DNA of 49,568 bases from an uncultured Lachnospiraceae bacterium (GTDB lineage: Bacteria; Bacillota; Clostridia; Christensenellales; UBA1242), in assembly GCA_964403245.1 (NCBI GenBank), contig CAYOEW010000002.1, positions 1 to 49,568 of the forward strand, written 5' to 3'. Below are positions 1 through 7,412 of this stretch, in pieces (position 1 is the first letter of the stretch; each line of letters opens with the position of its first letter). Under the pieces are notes generated by a model, which made no database searches, was not told where the DNA came from, and saw only the letters and a list, made by a program, of their open reading frames with translations. Made by a program: the position numbers and the translations under genes.

Positions 1-101
1 CAAAACAAATAACCTGTAATGACGCTGCAAAAATGGCAAATATGCCAATCTCAACATTCTTCAAATATCTAAATCTTGAAAAACAAAGACTCAACTCTTA
101 A
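1..101 (+). CDS. 3' end of a gene cut by the window edge; the tail resembles a C-terminal helix-turn-helix (recombinase/regulator-like)
   Basis: Frame 3 reads KQITCNDAAKMANMPISTFFKYLNLEKQRLNS with TAA at 99-101. The A..M..P.ST.FKYL pattern resembles HTH tails of resolvase-type and other small DNA-binding proteins. Only 32 codons are visible. Confidence 0.3.
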   Translation, partial: KQITCNDAAKMANMPISTFFKYLNLEKQRLNS

Positions 102-244
102 TCCTCAAGAAATTCTTCAATGTTTATTATCTCATCAAAATCCAGTGTTTTCTTTTTCCCGTTAAGCCATGGATAATTATCTTTCTTTTGTGGCTGTATT
201 GTATCTTTTTTGTTTCTAATATTTTTCTTTAATATTTTTTTCAT
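98..244 (-). CDS. small hypothetical protein (48 aa; Lys-rich N-terminus, acidic C-terminus)
   Basis: ATG at 244 is preceded by AAGGGG 5 nt upstream. The longer ORF-track start at 295 has no RBS. No family recognised. Confidence 0.35.
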   Translation of the reverse strand: MKKILKKNIRNKKDTIQPQKKDNYPWLNGKKKTLDFDEIINIEEFLED

Positions 245-330
245 AATTACCCCTTTTATTTTGTTTTTTATTGAAAAAAGCAACAATTTTTGCAAAAAAA
301 AGAATATTTTTTCTTTTTTTCTGGTTTGTT

Positions 331-522
331 TTATTTTTCGCCTTCACATATTGCAATCTGGATTTTTGTACATTTCTCAACTTCTTCCATTTCTTCTTTT
401 GTCAATTGGCGAATAAGTTTGTTTACATCAATTTTTCGCATACAAGTCAATTGTTCTGCCAAAACTATGCACGGAACATCATTTATAGAAATTTTAACGT
501 ATTTTCCAAAAGATTTGTAATT
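331..522 (-). pseudogene. 63 sense codons in the same frame as, and directly after, the TAA stop of ORF 523..846; possibly the 3' part of a nonsense-interrupted gene
   Basis: Reading the minus strand past TAA (523-525) gives NYKSFGKYVKISINDVPCIVLAEQLTCMRKIDVNKLIRQLTKEEMEEVEKCTKIQIAICEGEK, then TAA (331-333). No SD-preceded start lies inside it. Confidence 0.3.
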
Positions 523-846
523 TTATGCAAAGCTTCTTTGTTCAAGTTGCAACGAAACTCCATAAAGCAAAAAGCGTAATCTCTTTCTTTTTAAGCTTTC
601 ACATAAATTTACAATAGTCTTTTTCAAAACTTTTTCTTTAATTTTTGGCGCAACCATCTCTTTATCAAAATCTCTTGATGAAAAATTTCTATGGTCTGAA
701 ACCCTTAAAGATTTCATAAATTCCAAATCATCTTTTATTATTAAATATTTTGATGATGATTTACTGCTTTTGTAAATTTTGAAAGTAAAATTTGGATAGT
801 CTTTCATTGTTTGTTTCACAATTCTTTCAAATCTTTCTTCTTCCAT
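523..846 (-). CDS. hypothetical protein (107 aa)
   Basis: ATG at 846 has a GGAGGTG RBS 4 nt upstream. The ORF-track start at 897 would run through the promoter/palindrome. No family recognised (contains LRVSDHRNF). Confidence 0.45.
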   Translation of the reverse strand: MEEERFERIVKQTMKDYPNFTFKIYKSSKSSSKYLIIKDDLEFMKSLRVSDHRNFSSRDFDKEMVAPKIKEKVLKKTIVNLCESLKRKRLRFLLYGVSLQLEQRSFA

Positions 847-947
847 TTCCACCTCCACAAAAAGTTTTCTTCCTTTGCTATATTCAATATAGCACATTTA
901 AAGTCCAAAAAAACGGATTCCAAAAAATTTATTTTTATTAACTTTTT

Positions 948-979
948 TTAAAAAAATTGCAGAGTTTATTACTCTCTGC
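948..979 (-). terminator. intrinsic terminator downstream of tRNA-Arg
   Basis: On the minus strand: GCAGAG, a 9-nt loop, CTCTGC, then AATTTTTTT. Confidence 0.6.
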
Positions 980-995
980 GACTTTTATTCTTGTA

Positions 996-1070
996 TGGTG
1001 CACCCACCAAGACTCGAACTCGGCATAAGCGTTCCGAAGACGCTTGTGATATCCACTTCACTATGGGTGC
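996..1070 (-). tRNA. tRNA-Arg (anticodon UCG)
   Basis: The reverse complement folds as a cloverleaf. Acceptor GCACCCA/TGGGTGC; D-stem GTGA/TCAC with loop AGTGGATA; anticodon stem AGCGT/ACGCT with loop CTTCGGA (anticodon TCG). It also has a 4-nt variable region, T-stem CCGAG/CTTGG with loop TTCGAGT, discriminator A and an encoded CCA. Confidence 0.9.
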
Positions 1071-1109
1071 ATTGCGATTTTTTGAGTGTATCCCAACTTT
1101 TCACGACTT

Positions 1110-1138
1110 ATTTTATCATTTTGAAAAATTTATGTCAA
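1110..1138 (-). promoter_or_regulatory. sigma-70-type promoter for tRNA-Arg
   Basis: Minus strand: TTGACA, 17 nt, TAAAAT with an upstream TG (TGATAAAAT), about 40 nt before the tRNA 5' end. Confidence 0.5.
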
Positions 1139-1198
1139 TAAAAGAAAAAAGAGAATTGGCGGTTCTCTTTTTTACTCTTTCGAGTGGCTTTTGGTCTG

Positions 1199-1885
1199 CT
1201 AACCATATCTGTCAATTGGACATTGGAGAAAATTTATCTCTTTTGGTTCTGCAACATTGTGGATTTCACTAATTGAATTTTCTTGTGTGACGGACTGTAA
1301 GTTGAAAAATTCAACTCCTATATTTTCACACAAAAATTTTTTAGGTAGTGTTGCACGCATAAACATAAACTTGGACTTGCAAATTTCGGCGGTTTCTGAA
1401 CAAATCAAAAACACTGCTTCAATTCCGTCCTGAAAAGCATTGGCATATGCCTTTACCATAATGTCATACAAAACAAGTGATAAATCTGGAACAATCGTAA
1501 ATTTTCTTATCTTCTTTGTGCTGTTCAAGAACAATGTCACTGTGAACCATGAATATGTGAGCATCGGAATGATGTCATATATCACTTCCATGGTGAGTGC
1601 CCCTGCTGTCATAAAGAGTCCAATGAAAATCACCCCAACCCATTTTGGAGTGTGGCCATATTTTTTCTCAAAGAGAAAGAAAACCACATACTGCAAACAT
1701 GAGAGAAGGGAAATAATTCCCGCGCTCCAAGACCCTGCAAATATGAATGTCAAACCATACATAACTTCTCCGCATAAGCCCAAAATCAGAAATAATTTCT
1801 TGCTTTTGACCAAATACGAAAGACAAAGTGTTACTGTCGCCGTCAAGCCTAGAATCTGAGTAAGTATCGCGCTGACATTTGACAT
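1199..1885 (-). CDS. YgjV-like inner membrane protein (PnuC/SWEET-like small transporter fold) with a ~60-aa soluble tail
   Basis: 228-aa ORF with about 6 hydrophobic helices. The N-terminal pattern ILGLTATVTLCLSYLVKSKKLFLILGLCGEVMYGLTFIFAGSWSAG resembles the YgjV family as I recall it. No well-spaced SD. Confidence 0.55.
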   Translation of the reverse strand: MSNVSAILTQILGLTATVTLCLSYLVKSKKLFLILGLCGEVMYGLTFIFAGSWSAGIISLLSCLQYVVFFLFEKKYGHTPKWVGVIFIGLFMTAGALTMEVIYDIIPMLTYSWFTVTLFLNSTKKIRKFTIVPDLSLVLYDIMVKAYANAFQDGIEAVFLICSETAEICKSKFMFMRATLPKKFLCENIGVEFFNLQSVTQENSISEIHNVAEPKEINFLQCPIDRYG

Positions 1886-2191
1886 AAATATTTTTTTAAC
1901 ATCCTCTTCTTGTATGCCTCAAACTTTGTGCCCTGCCTTCATAGATTGGATTTTTTGCTTTTATTGTGTATGCCTTTACCTTTATAGCAAGAAATTCCAC
2001 ATTTAAACAGGAGTTTGCGACCTAGATTTCCCGATGGATATTATGCGGGATATATCAAGACCTGTGACGATGTGTCAACCACACGCAAAAGCATATTTTT
2101 GAAAAAACACACATGCAACACTGCTTTTGCCATGGCGTTTAAGTTAACAGTCCTCTGGCACACCGTAAATCTATGCTTGATACATTATATA

Positions 2192-2220
2192 TTATATCAC
2201 GCGAGAAAAAATAATGCAAC
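2192..2220 (-). promoter_or_regulatory. promoter driving a ~300-nt leader of the YgjV-like gene
   Basis: Minus strand: TTGCAT, 17 nt, TATAAT with an extended TG (TGATATAAT). Confidence 0.45.
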
Positions 2221-2334
2221 CTTCCTGATGTGAGCAATTTTTTCAGATTTGTGTATTTTTTTGGCGAAACAAAATTATTTGCTTGCTTTTTTCTGTGAAA
2301 TGTGTATAAAATATATATAAATAAAGGAGTTTAT

Positions 2335-4335
2335 ATGAATAAAAAGTTTAAATCCTTCCTGATTTCTTTGTTTTTTTTGACTATTTTGGGATATGCAGGT
2401 GGCGTTGCATTATATTATTTCACCAAAAACCCAAAAAGCATTACAACTGCATTGACGACTGATTATGCATATATTGGAGCGGGAATTGGAGCAGGATTAG
2501 CAATTCTTTTTACGCTTATGTCAAAACCAAAAAAGAAAGAAGCACCAAAATCGACTGGAAAAACCGCTGCTGGCACTGAAATGAAATTGTCATATGACGC
2601 TGAATGGCTCAAAAGTGAAGATATTGGAAATCAAAAGGGATTGATTGCAACAACTTGGGCACAACTCCCTTCGCTCAAAAACACCGGAATTGTGTTTAAG
2701 AATGCCATTGAAAATGGAAAATATCAAATTGGAATGAAAGATGAATATCATTGTCTTATTGTCGGAACAACCGCTTCCGGAAAAACATCCGCTTGTCTTG
2801 TTCCAACAATCCGAATTTTGGGACACTCTGGCGAAAAACCTTGCATGGTCATCTCTGACCCAAAAGGTGAACTTTTCACATTGACAAGCAGAATCATGGC
2901 GGATGAAGGATATCGCGTCATAACCCTTGACCTTCGTGACCCATTTTCATCCACACGTTGGAACCCAATGGACCATGCTTATGACCTCTATCATCAAGGA
3001 AAGGATTTCAAAAACCACATCACCCGCGTAAACAACGGAAAGAAACCAAAAGACCTTGGTTTCAGAGAAGTTCCTGGGGAAAAATATGGCGCAGAGTGGT
3101 ATGGCTTCAATGGCATTGCCTATGCTTCAATTGAAAGCGTGAAAGTTGCTGTTTCAAGTGCTGAACAAGTTTATTGTGATTTGGCTCAAAACGAACTTCG
3201 TGAAATCTGCAACACAATTGCACCAAAATCGCCAAAAGCGTCTGACCCAACATGGGAAGAAGGTGCACAAGACTATCTTTATGGTTGTGCTCTTGCAATG
3301 CTTGAAGACAGCATGAATCCAGAACTTGGCATGACAAAAGAAAGATTTAATTTCTATAACCTTTACAAAATCGCAACCTATCGCGACCCTGATGCCGACG
3401 CTCCATTTGAAACTGTGAGAAAATATCTTCTTCAAGGAAGAGATGAATCTGTTTCAAACGTTCCGAACTTGACATCCGCCGTCATCAACAACGCTCCAAA
3501 CACAACAAAGTCATATATTGGTGTTTTGAATGGAAAAATTTCATTTATGAACGACATCGGAATTTCATATCTCACATCCGAAAGTGATTTAAGTTTTGAC
3601 GATTTCACAAGCAAACCAACAGTTTTCTATCTCATCATTCCAGATGACAGAGAAGAACGTCACAATCTTGCAATTTTGTGTTTGTCACAACTTTACAAAC
3701 GTTTGGTTGACAAAGCAAACTCATATCCAGCAAAGAAATTGCCAAATCACGTTTACTTCATTTTGGAAGAATTCGGAAACCTTCCACCAATTCCAAAATT
3801 TGACAGTATGATCACAGTTTCCCGCGGAAGAAACATTTTGTATGAAATGGCAGTTCAGTCCTACACACAGCTTGAAACAAAATATGGTCAAGATGCTGCG
3901 AAAACAATCATCGGAAACTGCAACGCACAAATTTATCTTGGAACTGACGACCAACACACACGTGACGACTTTTCCAAAAACTGCGGTGAAGTTCAACTTC
4001 TCCATGAAGAAACAAACACTTCAACAACAAAGTCTGAAAAAGACAAGGACGGAAAAAGCACAAGCACAAGTGTTCAACTTCAAAGAACAACTCGCCCACT
4101 CATCACTCCATATGAATTGGGTCAGATTGAGCGTAACACAGTGGTTGTCAAACTTTTCAGATATAATCCAATCAAAATCAAGCAGACTCCTTCATATGAA
4201 ACACCTTTCTTCTATCGCAAAGATGCTGAAAAGCAAGTTGGAATCATGAAGAGTTTGGACACACAAAAAGTTTACTACGACATCAAAGTGAGAAATCGTA
4301 AAATTCTCAAATCCACTGGATTTAGTTCGTTCTAA
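2335..4335 (+). CDS. type IV secretion coupling protein (VirD4/TraG/TraD family ATPase)
   Basis: Two N-terminal TM helices. Walker A is VGTTASGKTS and the Walker B-like segment is VYFILEEFGNLP, followed by RGRNI..AVQSYTQLETKYG, as expected for the TraG/TraD C-terminal domain. AAGGAG RBS lies 5 nt before ATG 2335; the GTG at 2302 in the ORF track is probably not the start. Confidence 0.85.
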   Translation: MNKKFKSFLISLFFLTILGYAGGVALYYFTKNPKSITTALTTDYAYIGAGIGAGLAILFTLMSKPKKKEAPKSTGKTAAGTEMKLSYDAEWLKSEDIGNQKGLIATTWAQLPSLKNTGIVFKNAIENGKYQIGMKDEYHCLIVGTTASGKTSACLVPTIRILGHSGEKPCMVISDPKGELFTLTSRIMADEGYRVITLDLRDPFSSTRWNPMDHAYDLYHQGKDFKNHITRVNNGKKPKDLGFREVPGEKYGAEWYGFNGIAYASIESVKVAVSSAEQVYCDLAQNELREICNTIAPKSPKASDPTWEEGAQDYLYGCALAMLEDSMNPELGMTKERFNFYNLYKIATYRDPDADAPFETVRKYLLQGRDESVSNVPNLTSAVINNAPNTTKSYIGVLNGKISFMNDIGISYLTSESDLSFDDFTSKPTVFYLIIPDDREERHNLAILCLSQLYKRLVDKANSYPAKKLPNHVYFILEEFGNLPPIPKFDSMITVSRGRNILYEMAVQSYTQLETKYGQDAAKTIIGNCNAQIYLGTDDQHTRDDFSKNCGEVQLLHEETNTSTTKSEKDKDGKSTSTSVQLQRTTRPLITPYELGQIERNTVVVKLFRYNPIKIKQTPSYETPFFYRKDAEKQVGIMKSLDTQKVYYDIKVRNRKILKSTGFSSF

Positions 4336-4341
4336 AAAAAT

Positions 4342-4367
4342 ACGCATCGACAAGGTGCGTTTTTTTG
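4342..4367 (+). terminator. intrinsic terminator after the coupling-protein gene
   Basis: ACGCATC, 5-nt loop, GGTGCGT, then T7. Confidence 0.7.
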
Positions 4368-4401
4368 TGCCGTTTTTTGAATTTTTGTCATAAGAAAGCA
4401 T

Positions 4402-4863
4402 ATGGAAACTTTGTATAATGATGAAATGTTGCCAGAAAATTTCGAACAAATTGCACGGGCATATTCCCAAAAAATGAAGGAAAACGGATTTGTTTTCATT
4501 CATTTGAAGGAAGAAGAAACAAACCTGCTGGCTGGGGAAATTTTGACACTTTTTGCCAAAATGCAGGCGTGCTTACAACGGCTGGAAAGGTGTATGAAAT
4601 CGGACAAATTAAAGTGCCGGATTGAAAGTGCAACATCATTGATTGAAGAGCGATTTTTGAATAAAAAAACACACACTTTTCGGTGTGTGGAAAATGAAAA
4701 TGATGCATTTTTAAGTTTGGTTTCAATCGAAAACACAGTTATTCTCAAACTTATGCTTTTGTCTGTCAAAACGAACGAATTTGAACTTTGCAACAACATC
4801 ATCACGGGCATATCCGGAGTGTTTGCCGAAAGTTTTTCTCAAGAAGGATTTGTGATTGACTAA
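4402..4863 (+). CDS. hypothetical protein (153 aa)
   Basis: Clean ORF with weak RBS and no recognisable motifs. Its stop overlaps the stop of the convergent gene. Confidence 0.45.
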   Translation: METLYNDEMLPENFEQIARAYSQKMKENGFVFIHLKEEETNLLAGEILTLFAKMQACLQRLERCMKSDKLKCRIESATSLIEERFLNKKTHTFRCVENENDAFLSLVSIENTVILKLMLLSVKTNEFELCNNIITGISGVFAESFSQEGFVID

Positions 4864-5408
4864 CTCAACAAGAAATCAACAACATTTGGAAGTGCTTTTT
4901 CCATTGCGTCCAAGAAAATTCGGTTTTTTTCTGGGGAATATCTCGATGCTTTGTTTGAAATGTTGATAAGTTTTTTTGCGTCAAGATGAAGTTCATCTGC
5001 AATTCCTTCACAAATAAGATTTGAAATCACCATAAGCGCGTTGTCACGTGTGATGTTTCTGCGAAGCATTGCGTTTTTCAGAAGTTCAACATCATCGGTG
5101 ATTTTTTCAAGTGCTGGGTTAAGGAAAAACTCCATTTTTTCAAGTGCAAATTCGTTTCCATTTGCTCCTGCCAAAATTTCCCAAGACATATAATATTCAA
5201 AATTCGGTTGTAGAAAATTGTCAAAACCTCTGTTGAAAAAATATGCTGTCACATCTTGTGCAACACAATCTCCCGCCATTGCTTTTGTGCAAAGTTCTGT
5301 GAATGCTTCCACGAAGTCGCCTCTGTCAGCGGATTCAATTATTTTTTTTCGTTCTTCAACAAAAGATTTGAAGGCGAAATCACGATCAGTAAACAAATTT
5401 GCGTCCAA
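4860..5408 (-). CDS. hypothetical protein with faint Sel1/TPR-like repeat character
   Basis: AAAGGAG sits 5 nt before TTG at 5408, in frame with ORF 4860..5459. The segment GDCVAQDVTAYFFNRG...YYMSWEILAGANGNEFA is Sel1-like. The TTG start is inferred. Confidence 0.45.
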   Translation of the reverse strand: MDANLFTDRDFAFKSFVEERKKIIESADRGDFVEAFTELCTKAMAGDCVAQDVTAYFFNRGFDNFLQPNFEYYMSWEILAGANGNEFALEKMEFFLNPALEKITDDVELLKNAMLRRNITRDNALMVISNLICEGIADELHLDAKKLINISNKASRYSPEKNRIFLDAMEKALPNVVDFLLS

Positions 5409-5471
5409 AGTTTTCTCCTTTGAGAAATTATAACTTAATTTTTTCAAAAAAACAAACAAAAAGACGTTTTT

Positions 5472-5948
5472 TCATGTTTTACACTTAATGTTTTGAAAAA
5501 TATTTCTTTCCAACCACACAAAATATTCCGAAAAGCAATAGAAAATCACAAAAAACAATCCGCATGAGAGTGTGGCAAGCAAATAGGTCAATTTTGTCAC
5601 TTTGACAAAAAATCCGAACACACCGACAATCAAAAAAGACGCCGACATCATCACAACGGCAAAAATCACAAATTTGATTATCTGCAAAATAATTTCCCGC
5701 CTGTTCCCCTGCGAAAGTTCTTTGCTCAAACCAAAAATCCCCCTCAAATCCAAATGCGGTGATTTTTTCGCGATAATTGGCGTGTATGCCAAATCAACAA
5801 AACAGAAAATCCCCGGCAAAAGAAAAAACAGGGAGAAAAAAGCGACCAAGAAAAGTTTGCAGATTTCGACATAGCAAATTTTGAGAAGAATTTTGACTTT
5901 CATGCGCAAATTATTGCAAAAAAAACACATTTTATGCAAAACTGCCAA
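5472..5948 (-). CDS. small polytopic membrane protein (start uncertain)
   Basis: The ORF has about 4 hydrophobic segments. None of the candidate starts (TTG 5948, internal ATGs) has a clear SD. Confidence 0.4.
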   Translation of the reverse strand: MAVLHKMCFFCNNLRMKVKILLKICYVEICKLFLVAFFSLFFLLPGIFCFVDLAYTPIIAKKSPHLDLRGIFGLSKELSQGNRREIILQIIKFVIFAVVMMSASFLIVGVFGFFVKVTKLTYLLATLSCGLFFVIFYCFSEYFVWLERNIFQNIKCKT

Positions 5949-5963
5949 AATGCGTTTTTTGTT

Positions 5964-7412
5964 TTATAAAATTGGTGAAAACAGTCTGAAAATTGCTTGA
6001 AGGAAACTTGTTAACCACTTCTTTTTGCGGAAATAGTTTGTGTCAACCAACTCGCAATTTTTCAGGTCGTCTGCAAAATATCCCTTATACTCTTCGGTTA
6101 GTTTTTCTGAATAGAAAATCACTGTATCTTCAAAATTGAGTCTGAAAGAGCGATTGTCGATGTTGCAAGTCCCAATTGAAAGTTTGTTGTCATCCACAAC
6201 AAGCGTTTTGCTGTGCAAAAAGCCGTTATAGAAAAACACATCTGCGCCCATTTCAACCATATCTTTCAAATATGAGAGTGAAACCCACCAAACTGTTCTG
6301 TGGTCAGGTTTGTTTGGAATCATGATTTTGACTTTTACACCACTTGAAATTGCGATGCGAAGTGCGGACATAAACGCTTCGTCAGGAATGAAATAAGGCG
6401 TTTGAATAAGCACTTCTTTTTTTGCACTTGTGATGAGTTTGATGTAGGCTTCTTTGATGTATTGCACATTGCTGTCCGGCCCAGAAACGAGCACCTGCAA
6501 ATATGTGTCGCCCATTTTGTCTGGTTTCGGGAAAAGCCCATCTTTGAGATATTTTGATGAAGGGGCGTTTTCTTTTTTGATATATCTCCAATCGTTCAAG
6601 AAAACGTTCTGCAAAACGAAAACTCCCGGCCCAACGATACGCACATGTGTGTCGCGCCAAGGAGAAAGTTTCTTCTTTTTCCCCATATGGTCGTCACGTA
6701 TGTTAATTCCGCCGGTGTAAGCAATTTTGCCGTCAATCACGACAATTTTTTTGTGATTTCGATAGTTAAGTTTCAAATTTATCATACGTATGTGAGCGAA
6801 AGGTGGGAAAAATTCAGCAACTTCCCCACCTGCTCTTTCAAGTTTTCGAAAAAATCTTCTGGGAGCGCCCAAGCACCCAATTGAATCATAGATAAACTTG
6901 ACTTTGACGCCTTGCTTTGCCTTTTTGATCAACACGTTCATCACTCTTTTTCCGACTTTGTCGTCATCAAAGATGTAATATTCCATGTTAATCGAATGTT
7001 TTGCATTTTCAAGGTCGCGAATCAATGCGTCAATTTTTTCTTCACCCCAACGAAAGATTTTGACGTCATTCGCAGGACAAAGGATGCTTCCATAGTTGTA
7101 ACAAAGTTTGACAGTTCCAACATCGTCTTTCAAAATATTGTCCACATCTTTGATTGAAACAAGATAGTCACGAATTGCCTTGTCATATTCCACTTCATAG
7201 AGTTTGTGGTTGGAAATCAGGCGTCTTACACGAATGGAAAGACCGCTTCCAAAGATGATGTAAAGGATATATCCGACATATGGCAAAAAGGTCGAAACTG
7301 TCAGCCAACTTATCACACTTGAAAGCTTTTTTCTTTCAAAGAAAATCATTGAAACCAAAAGCAAGAAGTTAAGGACAACATAGGTGACAAAGACCCAAAA
7401 CCAAGCATCCAT
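5964..7412 (-). CDS. cls: cardiolipin synthase
   Basis: Two HKD motifs (HKKIVVIDGKIAYTGGINI and HSKTLVVDDNKLSIGTCNID) and two N-terminal TM helices, about 480 aa. ATG 7412 overlaps the TGA of the upstream giant gene, with a GAGGTG RBS. Confidence 0.9.
   Translation of the reverse strand: MDAWFWVFVTYVVLNFLLLVSMIFFERKKLSSVISWLTVSTFLPYVGYILYIIFGSGLSIRVRRLISNHKLYEVEYDKAIRDYLVSIKDVDNILKDDVGTVKLCYNYGSILCPANDVKIFRWGEEKIDALIRDLENAKHSINMEYYIFDDDKVGKRVMNVLIKKAKQGVKVKFIYDSIGCLGAPRRFFRKLERAGGEVAEFFPPFAHIRMINLKLNYRNHKKIVVIDGKIAYTGGINIRDDHMGKKKKLSPWRDTHVRIVGPGVFVLQNVFLNDWRYIKKENAPSSKYLKDGLFPKPDKMGDTYLQVLVSGPDSNVQYIKEAYIKLITSAKKEVLIQTPYFIPDEAFMSALRIAISSGVKVKIMIPNKPDHRTVWWVSLSYLKDMVEMGADVFFYNGFLHSKTLVVDDNKLSIGTCNIDNRSFRLNFEDTVIFYSEKLTEEYKGYFADDLKNCELVDTNYFRKKKWLTSFLQAIFRLFSPIL

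Noticed and set aside
331-522. MazF/PemK-like toxin C-terminus (LAEQL...IDVNKLIRQLTKEEMEEVEKC)
   Set aside because: The resemblance is loose. The piece is in frame with an upstream ORF whose sequence is not MazF-like, so I make no toxin call.
991-1272. 93-aa plus-strand ORF
   Set aside because: It runs antisense across the tRNA-Arg gene and its promoter. It has a TTG start, no RBS and an implausible sequence.
2140-2210. Purine-riboswitch-like fragment (GGCACACCGTAAATCTATGC resembles the P3 region GGGCACCGUAAAUGUCC)
   Set aside because: It is an isolated resemblance only. No P1/P2 partner or J2/3 core is present, and the orientation does not match the promoter or the downstream gene.
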